Assembly (NCBI GenBank): GCA_010909165.1
Contig: MU008158.1
Span: 308,581 to 372,580 of the forward strand
Origin: Anthoceros angustus
Taxonomy: Eukaryota > Plantae > Anthocerotophyta
DNA: 64,000 nucleotides
Reading direction: 5' to 3'
The number at the start of each line of letters is the position of its first letter. Position 1 is the stretch's first letter. The translations under genes were made by a program, and so were the position numbers. The notes below the pieces were generated by a model. The model searched no databases and had not been told where the DNA came from. It saw only the letters and a program-made list of their open reading frames with translations. Shown piece after piece: positions 1-15,464 of the stretch.

Positions 1-3627
<3,627 letters not shown>

Positions 3628-4103
3628 CCTGTTGCTTTGCTCCGATATCCAACAATTCACGAATTCAACACCCACATTGTGCGGGTTCGACTGGTCCGAG
3701 GCCCTTCAACCCCATACAACCCGCGGAGGACTGTTGATTCTCAAATCAAACCGGAGCAACATTTGTCACTTTCATCAAACCTGGCAAGAACTGCAGGCCT
3801 GCATCCTCATCTCCCGTGCCCGCCGCCATCCCTGAATCCCTGAACCGTGACATTGAGCAGCCCACGACCATCGATTCCCAGAATTCCCCTTAATTTTTCT
3901 TGCGCAAAGACAGGACGCCCGTCTCCTGACCAGGGAGGGGTTCAGGGTTTACGGGCAACGATTTTACCATATTTGCTCACGTCCAAAAACATATCAATTC
4001 ACAGGAAGAAGCCATACAGGTTCAGCGTCCATGGGGAATACGATTCTATATTCGCTCAGCGAAGCAACATTATCTTGCGTTTTTGCTATATTCCACCGTG
4101 GAT

Positions 4104-4161
4104 GTACTACCTACCAGTACCAGCCAATCTAGTAGTGGGTAGTACTGAATACGGTGGGTAC
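4104..4161. promoter_or_regulatory. Cluster of four GTAC copper-response element (CuRE) cores upstream of COPT
   Basis: GTAC at 4104, 4117, 4142 and 4158: four in 58 bp, about 320-375 bp upstream of the COPT ATG. GTAC is the SPL7/CRR1 SBP-domain core. Confidence 0.65.
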
Positions 4162-4477
4162 TGTGGGTTTGGGTGGATAGGTAGAAAGGTGAGGCGTTCG
4201 ATCTCCTCTCACAGGGCGTTTCACCAGCCGGTCCTCGTCGCCCACCTCGTCGAGGAGCCATTTCCAGCGCGCACTGCCAGCATTCGGCGGGCAGGTCTGG
4301 TGCGATCTGCGGCCGACACTTTTGGTTGTGTGTTGTTTAGATTTGTGTGGAGATGTGCTGCAGAATTGGCTGGATCTGCATGGATTTCGGGATGCGGCCG
4401 TGGCCTGATGAAGTGGGCTGCGCGATGCAGGTGCGGAGAGGGAGAGGGAGAGGGAGAGGGAGAGGAAGGGAGCAGCC

Positions 4478-4927
4478 ATGATGCACATGACCTTCTACTG
4501 GGGGAAGACGGTGACGTTGCTGTTCGATGAGTGGTTTGTGAAGTCGTGGCTAGGGTACTCGCTCTCGCTGGTGGCCCTCTTCCTGGTGGGGGTGTTCCAC
4601 GAGTGGTTCACCAGCAAGCGCACCTCCTTCAGCAGCGCTGTGGAGAGCAGGGCGGCTGGTTACCACGAGAGCCATGGCGAGGAGCACGGCCACCACGTGC
4701 CGCTCATTGGCAAGGTGCGGGCGCCCTCCGCCTCGCAGGCGCAGAAGCTGGCGGAGGCTCTGCTCTACACTATCAGTGTGGGAATTGGCTACCTGCTTAT
4801 GCTGGCGGTCATGTCGTTCAACGGAGGCGTCTTCATCGCCATTGCTCTCGGGCTGGGGTTTGGATTCTACCTATTCCGCGCTGGCACCAGCCCTGGGGAC
4901 TCTTCTGATGCCTGTGCTGCCACTTAG
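4478..4927 (+). CDS. COPT5: Ctr/COPT copper transporter, COPT5-like, intronless, 149 aa
   Basis: MMHMTFYWG N-terminus as in COPT5, three hydrophobic segments, MxxxM (MLAVM) followed by SFNGGVF and GxxxG. Confidence 0.9.
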   Translation: MMHMTFYWGKTVTLLFDEWFVKSWLGYSLSLVALFLVGVFHEWFTSKRTSFSSAVESRAAGYHESHGEEHGHHVPLIGKVRAPSASQAQKLAEALLYTISVGIGYLLMLAVMSFNGGVFIAIALGLGFGFYLFRAGTSPGDSSDACAAT

Positions 4928-6080
4928 CGCATCGAGAGGTGGTATTTAAGTGCTCCGAGTGAGCTAGGCTGCTAGACTGCCATGGGTCCAGATCTAGCTT
5001 CTCTCGCTCCCGTGGTCGAGCTGGGTGCTGTGCAGGTGTGAACTGTGAAGGTTATGCCTGTCGTGCACGCACGCAGGGGATGTGGACAGAGTCCCAGCAT
5101 TCCTCCTTACATAGTTGTACATATCTGTAATCCCAGTTTCGATGTACATAAACATGTGAGCACAGTAGAATTCCTGCACTGTGCAACAAAACTCTTCCTC
5201 TGTTTCCTTATCGTAGTACCTACAAACTACCTAGGTACATGAGTGTTTCCACTGCATCATACGACAATAGTAGACATTTCGCTATATCTACCTTTTGCAG
5301 CTCTGGAGTCTGGCCATTTTCATCCGTAAGCGGCCAGCTTGTCTGGAGCCCAATTGGATCCTCAGTCACTTTCCATCCCGTCATCCCCTCACGTCAGTAC
5401 GCTATTCGGAACTCAAGCAAGTTTACACGAGAACCTTGACATTCAAAGCCACTCGACCGGACAGAAAAAGTTCTGGGTTGCCAAATTGTAGCGCATCCAG
5501 CTTTATCTCTGATCTGGCTTTCCCACAGGATCTCAACCTTTGTTCATCCGCAATTATTCTGTCCCCTGAAATTAAGGGCTGTGACTTCTACTGCTGGACA
5601 ATTAGCCATCAGTCTTTTTGTATTTCAGTCAATTAGCTAATCAGACTTTTTGTATGCCCCTGTCCATCATAACCTACCCTCACTTACGGCCCGAGAATGG
5701 GAGAACGTCACTGTCCAGCACGTTGATCCAGTTATCTCCATCCCAATCCCAATCATAGAACAGGCTGCAGGCTAGGCCGGTAGCGATCAGGAGGTACAGA
5801 GTGCCCAATTTCCTGATGCACTTTCTCTCGTTGATTGCCAATATGAGGAAGCATCCAATCTTTCCGTCAAGCTGCTGTGCCCCTATGACACTCCTATGTC
5901 TCGTTGTACATCCTTGGAAGACCTGAATTATGGTACAAGCAGAAAAAGTGGATGTCACATCATGGACACCCCACCTTGGTCTGGACTTCTGTATAGATAC
6001 ATCGCCATCTCCTGAGCCCCCGCGTTCTTCATAACCTGGACTCACTCATGGCACGGACCTGGGATGGTAGAGGGTTATGA

Positions 6081-7096
6081 TCAGCTGTCCAGCATCTTGG
6101 TCCAGTCATATGCATCCCAACCCCAATCCTTGAGAAAGTCTTTCACGGACTGTTGGGGGGGCTCTGCAGGTAGTTTCATCAAGCCTTTTAGTACAGAATG
6201 CCCGAAATTCTTGCCCCTGAAGTTGCTCTCGTCATCAATCACATGGACAAAGCCTCGCTGGAGTCCGAACTCCACATGGAAATAAGGGAAGTTGGCAGGA
6301 ATAGACCCTCTCAACCCCTTCTCACCTGTCTCAATACACTTCTTGGAATTGTGCTGACTCCATTCCTCTTCCGCTTCATCAATTTCCTGCACAACGTCAT
6401 CCAGGTCAGGCTGTTTCTAAACTGCCCACAGACCCCTGCCGATTAGGTCAGGATCGGACAAAAACCACTTACCTTCTTGAAGAACATAGGGGCTTGCTTT
6501 GCGGCTGCAGGTGGAATGGGGACGCACTCCACGATCGCATGCCGCCTCTGGCGAGCATCGGCGAACGCCAGCTCCAAAAAGAGCACATCCTTGCCCTTGG
6601 CCGCGAACATCTGCAACAGACTCTTTTTGAAATTGCGCATGTCCTGCCACACGGCCTCCTCCACATTCCTGCTAGACACCTCATGCTCCAAGGGGATGAT
6701 GTAGCAGTGGCCCAGCACTAGCGGCCCCCGTGGGGGCAGCATGAGGTACGAGTGATTCCCTATAGCCACAATCAAATGTTTTGATGTGCTCAGATTGTCG
6801 CACTGCTTGCATATCTGCCTCTGCAGGCTCCTGCAACCCAACCTCATATGTCAGCACCAGAATTTCGCTCAATCAAAACAATGCACCTGAGCCGGCCCGC
6901 AGACACAGCCAACACGACAAGGTACTTGCTTGGTAGCAGCCATCTTCATCTTCTGCGCCTTCTCCTTCTCAGGATCTTGGTTCCGCTGCTTGCGTTTCTT
7001 GGACGAGCTTGGCACAGCTCTGTCATCATCTTCGTCCAGATAGTCCTGTTTCCGTCCCTGCAAGCTCCGCAGCATCGCCTCCGTCTTCTTGCCCAT
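6081..7096 (-). CDS. CWF19-like 2 (CwfJ C-terminal domains), N-terminally short version, 3 exons
   Basis: Exons about 7096-6930, 6830-6473 and 6386-6081. Motifs CKQC…HLIVAIG…GHCYIIP…H, HAIVECVPIP, EWSQHN, PYFHVEFGLQRGFVHVIDDE and YDWTKMLD. Confidence 0.8.
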
Positions 7097-7564
7097 CTTC
7101 ACCAGATGTCACTAAAGCTCAAAAACACTAACAGAGGCAGATACTGCCTGCATCCATATATAGGTAGCGCATGGGGCTTATCGAACCGTGGTTTCCATTC
7201 TCGGGAACACTTTAGAAGAATAAGTACGTAGTCTAACAAGTTTATCATTTAGCGGAGCTAACAACTTTACTACGTATAGTCACACATACCTAACTACCTA
7301 ATTAGACTTTAACAAGAAATTGGGTACAGTTTGCATTAAAATGTGAAGATGTCTAAAATGGTCTAGACACAAAAGAAGAAGACGAGTTATCCAATGCCGC
7401 AAAGGTCCAGAGACCGTGGACTTCGTGAAGTAGCCCATGTCGTAAAGTGGACTACCTATGTAGCCCATGTACGTATGACTAAATCACGACTAGGTCACAT
7501 CTAAGACCTCGAGAGCTCTCCGCAAAACTTCGCCGTACCACAATGAGTACCGGTACGCAGATGG

Positions 7565-10203
7565 TTAAAACACTCCCAGCAAGGTGGCTGCGGCAAAAAT
7601 TAAGAAAAGGACTCCTCCGATGTATCCAATCTACGACACCAGCAGATGGGTGAACAAAGGTATTCATCCAAAAGGGGACTGTAACTAGACGGTCAGCTGT
7701 TACAAGCAAGAACGAAATGAGAAACCTTACCACTTTCTCCGATATATGCTCGGCAAGAAAGGCCCCACCGATGACAGCCAGGGCGGTTGCCAGAACGTGA
7801 CCTGCAATGGCTCCGGATGCGACACCCCACGGCGACTGCCAGGAGAGCAACTCACGTTTGAATCATGAAAACTGTTAAATGTCCACAGGAGCCGTTGATG
7901 ATGTTTGGGACAAGTTACCTGAGCGGCACCAAGGGCTACAGTTGCCAGCATTGATCGATCACCCCACTCCTGGATACGACCACATCCCATGTCAGAAATC
8001 AATTCAACTTGTATTGCGAACTGGCGAAACACCAATGAGCTGCTTACCGCTACAAATACTAGACTGAACGCTTCCACGAGCACCTCAAGTGGGGTGCTGA
8101 TTTTCTTCTCACCCTGTAGCCAGCATGTTACATCGCAAGATAAGGTTTATTTATGCGAAAGATAATTGCTTGCTTCCATTTCGAAACACTAAGTCCCACC
8201 TCTGATTTCTTCAGAAACTCCTCTGCCTCCGCGAGTTCACCACATTCTGCACCCTGATCACCTTGACTGATGGCAGGAGCAGAAGGCAAATCGTACGCGG
8301 ACTTGATAGACCTCAACCCGAACCAGATCAACAATCCGACAGCTGCATATTCTCCGACAGGAAGAGCTGGGTACACAGCAGATAAAAGGGGTTATGGATA
8401 GCAAAAGAGTATATGAGTAATGACTACAAAGCAGAGGAACGTATGAGAAGAGCTCCCTCAAGTTTTCACGCACTTGTCTGAAGTTGTTGAGGAACACGTT
8501 GACACAGCCTCCCAATGAGGACAGAGATCACTGTCATAAGGCCCAGGGCAGTCGATGCCCCCAACAAAACCTGCACTGTCCATCGGAATCATGACCTTCC
8601 ATGACTGTTCAGCAGAGACATACAAGACCAGAGCACAATAGACCAAGGTAAGGAAAATACCAGCCCCCTTGAATGCCGCATAGCTAACAATGCCGCAATA
8701 AAGAATGTCTGCACGCATCGCCCTAAAGTCAGCAATGCAATGAATAGTTCTCGGCATGCAAATCCACTAGGCTAAGGGCAAGTTACGAAGGTAGACATCA
8801 CGTCTTGCTCATAACCTTCAGAAGTCCTACCTTATCACCAATTTCAGATATGAAAATAAGGGCAAATGCTGCACTGAAGCCTGATTTGGCTATAGCTGCC
8901 ACGAGTGCAGCGGGTCCCCCGCTTGAAAGAGTGACTACAACAGCAGCTACTAAGCCAACAACAATAAGAATTGCAAGAGCACCTACAGCCTGCAAACTCT
9001 GCTTCCTGTCCCCTGCGGACGGTTGTCTGCACAAAGGGATAAAACATCTTTTATCATCACAGACCAAGAAATGCAATGTGCAAAGTAAGTGCCTTATGCA
9101 CCTGGAAAGGACTAGCACGCAACAAAGCAAGTACTGGCAACATGAGCCATTAGGACATCCGGAAAAATTAGAGACCAACGGTCTTAGCTACAGGACATCC
9201 TGAACCTAGAAGAGAATATGACATTACATGACTTGCGGTGTTGCTTGTTGGACGGGCTTCTGATCGTCTGCTGAGACGTCCGCCTCATTCCCTTCCCTAT
9301 AACCTCCTGATCCAATGTCTGCGCTTGAGGCAAAAACACTGTGCCTTGTATATCTCCGAAGAGTCCCCGAATATCCTTGTAACATAAAACATGACAATCC
9401 ATACCCGTCCTCAGTGATATAGCACTTTGCCTCGACGACGAGAATCGACAGGGCCATCACATTTGCTCCGAGACAGCACTCACCTAGGCCAAACGCTCGA
9501 AAGCAGCCGAGAGAGCTGCCACCTTCCAAGTACTCATTCCTAACCAGTCCATATCCTCTGTTGAAAACATAAGACGAGGTAGACTTCAGAGGAGGGACTG
9601 GCAATTCACAGGACGACCTGAACGATCCGTGCACAAGTTCTGGACCAGGCAGCAGCATAATCCATGAAAAGCCTATCTCTTCCACTTGCGCTCTCTCGCA
9701 AACGAAGGAACGAACTTAGCAGCTCATTCCCGTTCAGCACATTCTTCCAGCAAGCCCCTAAAATGCGCAACTGTAGAGCCGAGAATGGAGACATCCATCC
9801 CGGATACTCTGCGTGACTCAGCTGCTATCATTCTTCGTCACATAGGATTCCTGCCACACGCAGCACAGAGGCACTGAATGCGGCCACGTGCACGAGATGT
9901 GAGGCCGGCCACAAAAATTCTCCCGACCTGCAACCAACGGTAGGAAGGCAGGCAGGGGAAGAAAGAGAACTCGCCGGCTGGCACTTTACCCGCCGGAGGA
10001 CAAGAATGTGAGGCGGCTCGCAACCTTGCTCCATCTCCTGCGACCCGGCTGGCCGCTCCCGGACCAGAACACTCCCGCCACCACCACCGGCGAGCCCGTC
10101 CAGCCGCAGCTGGAGGCGCAGGGCGGGCGGGCGCGGAGGCGGGCGCGGAGGCGAGCCTGAGGGAGTCGGCCATGGTTGGGGCGGACGCTCCCGCACCCGC
10201 CAT
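7565..10203 (-). CDS. CMT1: GDT1/UPF0016 family chloroplast envelope Mn transporter (CMT1/PAM71-HL), multi-exon
   Basis: SGFSAAFALIFISEIGDK, LPVGEYAAVGLLIWFGLRSIK and EWGDRSMLATVALGAAQSPWGVASGAIAGH give two E-x-G-D-K/R motifs. Ends AAATLLGVF* at 7565-7567. Ala/Pro/Arg-rich transit peptide from ATG 10203; the N-terminal exons are less certain. Confidence 0.9.
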
Positions 10204-11666
10204 CGCCAGCCCGGCAAGCTCTCCCTCCGCCCGCGCTATACGTGGTCCCCGCCTTGGTTGTTACACCAAACGCAGGTGCGCCACTTTTAGGCCTGTCGTC
10301 AATGCGAATGCAGGCAGGCAGCTTTGCTCCGGCTCCGGCTCCGGCAGCGCCCCTGTTGCGCCTGATCCAGGGCCGGGCTGCCAGGGGTTGCTGTGATCCC
10401 CTGTCCACCCGGCCGCGCCTAAACGGATGAGGTGGCGGCGACACGTGCAGTTAAACTCGCCGGCTTACGTTTAGCCGCCATCGCCGCCACTGAAGTTCCG
10501 GTGTCCACTTGGCCTTTTTAGGGCTAATTTATAATGCGGCCACCGCGCCGCGTTTCGTCACTTGGAGTTTGAGAAGTCACGTCTCGGTAGCCGGGAGGGA
10601 GCGATCAGCTCTGCTGGACGAGCTGAATCTGCGTCTCTCTTCTCCCGACGTCCAGGTTTCAATTTTCTCCTGCGAGCGACACAGTCGTTCCAATTTTGTC
10701 AGCCTGTGCTGGTTGTGGAAACGTTGTTTGTCTCCTGGCCTCTTCAGGTAGTGTTGGAAGCCGATCGGTCTGAAACGGGGAGGCCTTCCCGAGCGGTGCG
10801 ACACAAGAGCACGCCGGGTTCTGGTGCCTGGTGGCCGGAATCCAAACACCAGTACAAGTTTTGTGTCTATTTTGATCTGCATGTGTATTGGGGCATCGGT
10901 TGTCTTGAAACGCATGCCTGCGTTGGAGGTTAATAAAGCTTGAGAGCTTCAGGTTTTCTTTGTGTGGACGTGTGTAGTTCTCGTGTCCAGATATAAATCG
11001 ATCCGGCCGTGAAGCCAGGCAGGCGGAGTAAGTGTGAATGTGTGGAGAAGAAATTCCAGTCTCTCAAGAGTCGAGAATTTGAGAAGTTCCTCTCCCAAGT
11101 GCAGAAGTCGGAGAAGTTCCTCTCGAAGTGCAGTTTCAAGTCGAAGCAAAGTGTCTGGTGACCATACCCCTCCTGTGTCATTGGTGTCCTTGCTCATCGA
11201 ACGTTCTGACCTGAATCCGCCTCTTGATGTCTTGATCAAAACCTTCAAGTTGTTCGTCTGTGTAGCGAGACATTGCGTCAGACTTCATTGTTCACACAGT
11301 TTCAGGTCGACTTCCTGACGCCAGTTGCAAGCTTGCGATTGCCAGCTGCAGCCAGCCAGTCGACGGAGTGCTCAGACGAGCAGTATTGTCTGTTCTGACA
11401 AGGATCTGCTTGTTGAAATTGATTGATTGTCGATTGTGTCGTGAGACAAGTTTCAGATCCTGAGAGCTGTCAAGTTTCAAGAAAGCAAGCAAGCTTGCAC
11501 GCACGGCCTGCTGGTGGAGGGTGGAGAGCTCGAGCTAGGGTTGAAGCTTGAGAGAGAGAGCGTGCAAGCGGTTGAATCATCGCGCGTCTGCTTTCCTCCA
11601 GTCGGTTTCGTCTCTAAAGCTTTGCCCTACGTGTGTGTGCAATTTGTTCCAATTGTCGAAAAAAAC

Positions 11667-12341
11667 ATGCGTAGCTTGGGTTTGGATCCTGTTGGCCTGC
11701 CGCGAGCGCAGCCGCCCGCAGTTTACGCTTTTGCTGCACAGCCGGACCCGGCCCCGGCCCCTGTTATGGTGCTGCCGCCTCCTGTACATGTGCAGTTACA
11801 GGTACCGGTGCAGCCAGCCATGACGGAAGAGCAGGTGGAGACGCTGCAACGGCAGATATCAGTATACACCACCATCTGCCGCCAGCTGGCGGAGATGCAG
11901 AAGGCCAGTGTGCAAGAGCATTCTCAGCTGCCCGGAGTGGTCGTCAATCACATGTTTGATCATCCGTCGCTCGGAAATGGGATGCACAGAGTGAGCGCGA
12001 GACAGCGCTGGACTCCCAGCCAGAACCAGCTCCGGATTCTCGAGAGGCTGTTTCGGAAGGGCGGGGGAACTCCCAACAAGCAGCGAATCAAGGAGATCAC
12101 GGTGGAGCTGAGCGCGCACGGAGCCATCCAGGAGACGAATGTTTACAACTGGTTCCAGAATCGCAAGGCCAGAGCCAAGAGGAAGACGGGGCAGTCGACA
12201 GCCATGAATGGAGAGTCGGATGGGGACACGGATGCAGATTGCTTGGATCCTGCCAAGAGGGCGCGTTTGGATGGAGGTTGTAGCGGAAGTGGCAGTGGCA
12301 GTGGCCATGGGAATGGGAATGGTAGGGCTGACATCTTATGA
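11667..12341 (+). CDS. WOX13: WUSCHEL-related homeobox, WOX13 (ancient) clade, single coding exon
   Basis: WOX13 upstream motif MTEEQVETLQRQISVYTTICRQL, and homeodomain RQRWTPSQNQLRILERLF…ETNVYNWFQNRKARAKRK. No WUS-box. First in-frame ATG is 11667; the ORF track start at 11514 is a GTG. Confidence 0.92.
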   Translation: MRSLGLDPVGLPRAQPPAVYAFAAQPDPAPAPVMVLPPPVHVQLQVPVQPAMTEEQVETLQRQISVYTTICRQLAEMQKASVQEHSQLPGVVVNHMFDHPSLGNGMHRVSARQRWTPSQNQLRILERLFRKGGGTPNKQRIKEITVELSAHGAIQETNVYNWFQNRKARAKRKTGQSTAMNGESDGDTDADCLDPAKRARLDGGCSGSGSGSGHGNGNGRADIL

Positions 12342-12766
12342 CGAGAGTGGTCCATACGGTCTTCGTGCTTGGACAGTTACACAGCGGGGGTTGGTTTGTT
12401 TTGTTCTTTGCGTCTGTACATTTGTACAATGTCGCTTCCCCTTTGTTTCTGTGGGGAATTCAGCCCGTCTGTGTATTCAGTCTTCATAACTTGTGTTTTT
12501 CCTGTACAGTCCGTCGTTTAAGCGAGTTCAGACGTTCATGAATTCCCCTCCACAATCCACACCTACGAAAATCAGCTTAGACATCGAATCCTCTGATGGC
12601 CATCTGGTTCACAAGGTTCTTTCCCCTTTATCCTGCAACCTAACTTGTCTCCACATGCGACACATGTTCCGACATGTGACCCTATGCCGGTAAAGCTCCT
12701 GGTTTCTCCGATGCAGCAACATTTTGGGAAAGTGTTTCAGAAAAGTGTACATACCTTCCAATCAGA

Positions 12767-14158
12767 ATGGGCGGGTTGATGTTCTTGGCTGCGTTTGTGG
12801 CCTTGATGCATACCCTCTGGAGCTTGGATCGCGTTCAGGGGCAGCTGGCTGTCGACTTCTACGCCACGAGCTGCCCAGATGTGGATGAAATTGTTCGGAA
12901 CACTGTTGCAAACTTGATGAGACAGTCGAATGTGGTTGCACCTTCGGCGCTCAGGTTGTTCGCACACGACTGTCTCGTACAGGTACAGTTTCAGATCTTC
13001 GGTACATGTATATGCTGGTAACAGAACTCGGGGGGCTACTTGACAAAATTTCCGATTTTTTGTCTTGGCAGGGCTGCGATGGCTCCATCTTGATCGCCTC
13101 AGACAACGGCACCGTTGCGGAGAGAGATCACTCGGACAATCAAAGCATTCCAGCACAGGCCTTTGCCACTGTTTTCCTTGCAAAGGAACAGGTCGAGAAG
13201 CAATGTCCTGAGACTGTGTCGTGTGCCGATATATTAGCCATGGTCGCACGAGACGTGGTTTTCCTGGTAAATATTGTAAACACGAACATCTCTCAAGTCA
13301 TGCATGTCTGGAGGAAGCTTGTTTTCAAAATACAAATAAGCGTGCAACCCTGGGTCTTCTCCACAGACAGGAGGCCCAAGTTGGGAGGTCCCGAAGGGTC
13401 GACGCGATGGCCTGGTTTCGCAAGCATCTCTGGTCGAAGGATTTCTCCCATCATCAACAATGGATGTTCAGCAACAATCCAAAATATTTGGCAACCTCGG
13501 ACTTTCAGTGGATGACTTGGTCATTCTTTCCGGTATGCTTCAAATGCACTCTCCTTGATTACGAGTCTGCAGAGCTCTGCAGCTGCTTTCACAAAATATA
13601 TTTCATCCATCCTGTTCTGTTTCTGCATTGTGCCTACAGGCGCACACACGATCGGGTTTTCGCATTGTGATCAGCTGATGAGCCGCCTGTATAGTTTCAA
13701 CAGCTCATTCACCACCGACCCCAGCATGGATCTGCAATTCGCCCTAAACCTCCAGGTGAGTAATTTCACACGTAGTATAAGTAGTGCATACTGAAAGCAA
13801 TTTGACGCACAAATGCCTGCAGACGACTGAGGGGACCAAAGTTGCTTTCTTCCAGAAACAATGCCCCTTGGTGGATGGCAACCCGGACACTACTGTACCG
13901 TTTGATGCGGATACATCGTTCACCTTCGACAACAAATTTTACCTCAACCTGCTCTCAGGCAGGGGACTGCTCTTCTCAGATCAAGTTTTCTTCACCGACC
14001 AGTCCACGAGGCCACTGGTATTCACTCTGGCTTCTGCTCAGGATGCTTTCTTTCAAGTATTTGCACAGTCCATGATCAAATTGGCCTCCATTGGAGTGAA
14101 GACGGGATCTGATGGTGAAATTCGAACAAACTGTTCGGCGTTCAACCCACATTTCTAG
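12767..14158 (+). CDS. Secreted class III haem peroxidase, 5 exons
   Basis: Signal peptide; QLAVDFYATSCP; RLFAHDC (distal His); GCDGSIL; CPETVSCADILA; GRRDG; GAHTIG (proximal His); FDNKFY; GEIRTNCSAFN. Exons about 12767-12982, 13072-13266, 13367-13532, 13640-13755 and 13856-14158. Confidence 0.93.
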
Positions 14159-14828
14159 AGGCAGTAAAAGTAGCAACAAACCCATGCAGTTATTCTCCTC
14201 ATAAGCTGGCTGGCTCTCCCATTCGTTTTGGGTGCCATCTCTCGAAGTCGGAGTCGTCAGGATGCTCCGTTTTCTCCTAATGCATCCGTGTTAGGCTGAT
14301 TGAGGTGTTAGTCAACACATAAATATAAAATTATTAAACTAATTTCTTACATGTATAATAACTTCACAAAACACTGGCCAGGTTTTGCAAAGAGGGAGAG
14401 AGAGGAAGCAAGCAAAGAAGGACACCTTGAGGGCACCGCTTGGGGAGTTGTGCGTGCGTGAGACCATCTTTAGTGAATTGAATTGAGGAGATGGCCATCG
14501 CTGGGGCTGGATACGGCTCCCCTGCTTCTGCTTTTCGGGTAGCACGCCTGGCTCGAGTAGCACACGCCCGACTGAAGGCAATGCTGTACGCAGCTTCCAC
14601 GGTGGGGAATTGCGGCTTCGCAGAAGGTCACGCCAAGCTCGTGCTGGGGCACCTTCCTGCTTCAGCCGTACATACGTGGACGTGGGATCCACCCACAGGA
14701 GTCTTGTCCACTGTGCTCCAGTGACACAGTCCTTTGAAACGATTGGACAGAAAAACTATGACAACCATGAAAAACTTGTCTTCGAAGAGGACCGGCAAGA
14801 GGGTGAGGCAGATTCCTAATCGGCGACC

Positions 14829-15464
14829 ATGGCTTCGAGCATCGTAGAGCATGTGGTGTTGTTCAGGGTGAAGGAAGGCACTCCCCCCGAGACGTTGGCC
14901 GCTCTGCAGGCAGATTGGAGGGGCTTGGAGAAGCTGGAGGAGGCGTTGGAGCTCACCGCCGGGCCTGCCGTGGGGCCTTTGCGAGCGGGCTTCACCCATG
15001 CTCTCTACAGCCGGTACAAGGACAAGGCGCATCTGGAGGCGTACAATGTGCACCCCATACATCAACGAGTGGTGAAATTTGGGGGTACGGTCGTGGATGA
15101 TGTGCTAGGAGTGGACTGGGAGAACAGTCCTGATGATGTCGTTCCCAGCAGCAAGCTTGGTGCCGTGCGCGTGTTGCTGTCCAAGCCCAAGGATGGCGTG
15201 AGGCAGGAGGATGTGGCTCCCTTGCTGGAGGCCGAGAAGCATTTCAAGGCCTTGTATGCGGTGGGAAGCAGCGTGGGTGTCAACTTCTCTAAGCACAGAA
15301 GCCGGGGCTACGAGTGGGCCTTGTTGCTGAGGTTTGAGTCCGTGGAAGATTTGGCCAAGTTCAGCTCGGACCCCAGACAGGTGGCTGTGCAAGAAGAGAA
15401 GCTGCTGCCATTTGTGGACGATCTGATTGTGGTTGATCTGGCTAGGCAGTACACTGTACAGTAG
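14829..15464 (+). CDS. Stress-responsive A/B-barrel (Dabb) protein with two domains, intronless, 211 aa
   Basis: IVEHVVLFRVK…GFTHALYSRY…LEAYNVHPIHQ…VDW, then a second repeat GVNFS…GYEWALLLRFES…VVD. Confidence 0.88.
   Translation: MASSIVEHVVLFRVKEGTPPETLAALQADWRGLEKLEEALELTAGPAVGPLRAGFTHALYSRYKDKAHLEAYNVHPIHQRVVKFGGTVVDDVLGVDWENSPDDVVPSSKLGAVRVLLSKPKDGVRQEDVAPLLEAEKHFKALYAVGSSVGVNFSKHRSRGYEWALLLRFESVEDLAKFSSDPRQVAVQEEKLLPFVDDLIVVDLARQYTVQ

Noticed and set aside
5680-6045. 121-aa minus-strand ORF after the CWF19-like gene
   Set aside because: Non-ATG start, no recognised motif; may be UTR or a relic.
14491-14828. Possible transit-peptide exon for the Dabb gene
   Set aside because: An in-frame TAA lies four codons upstream of ATG 14829 and no suitable acceptor follows it.
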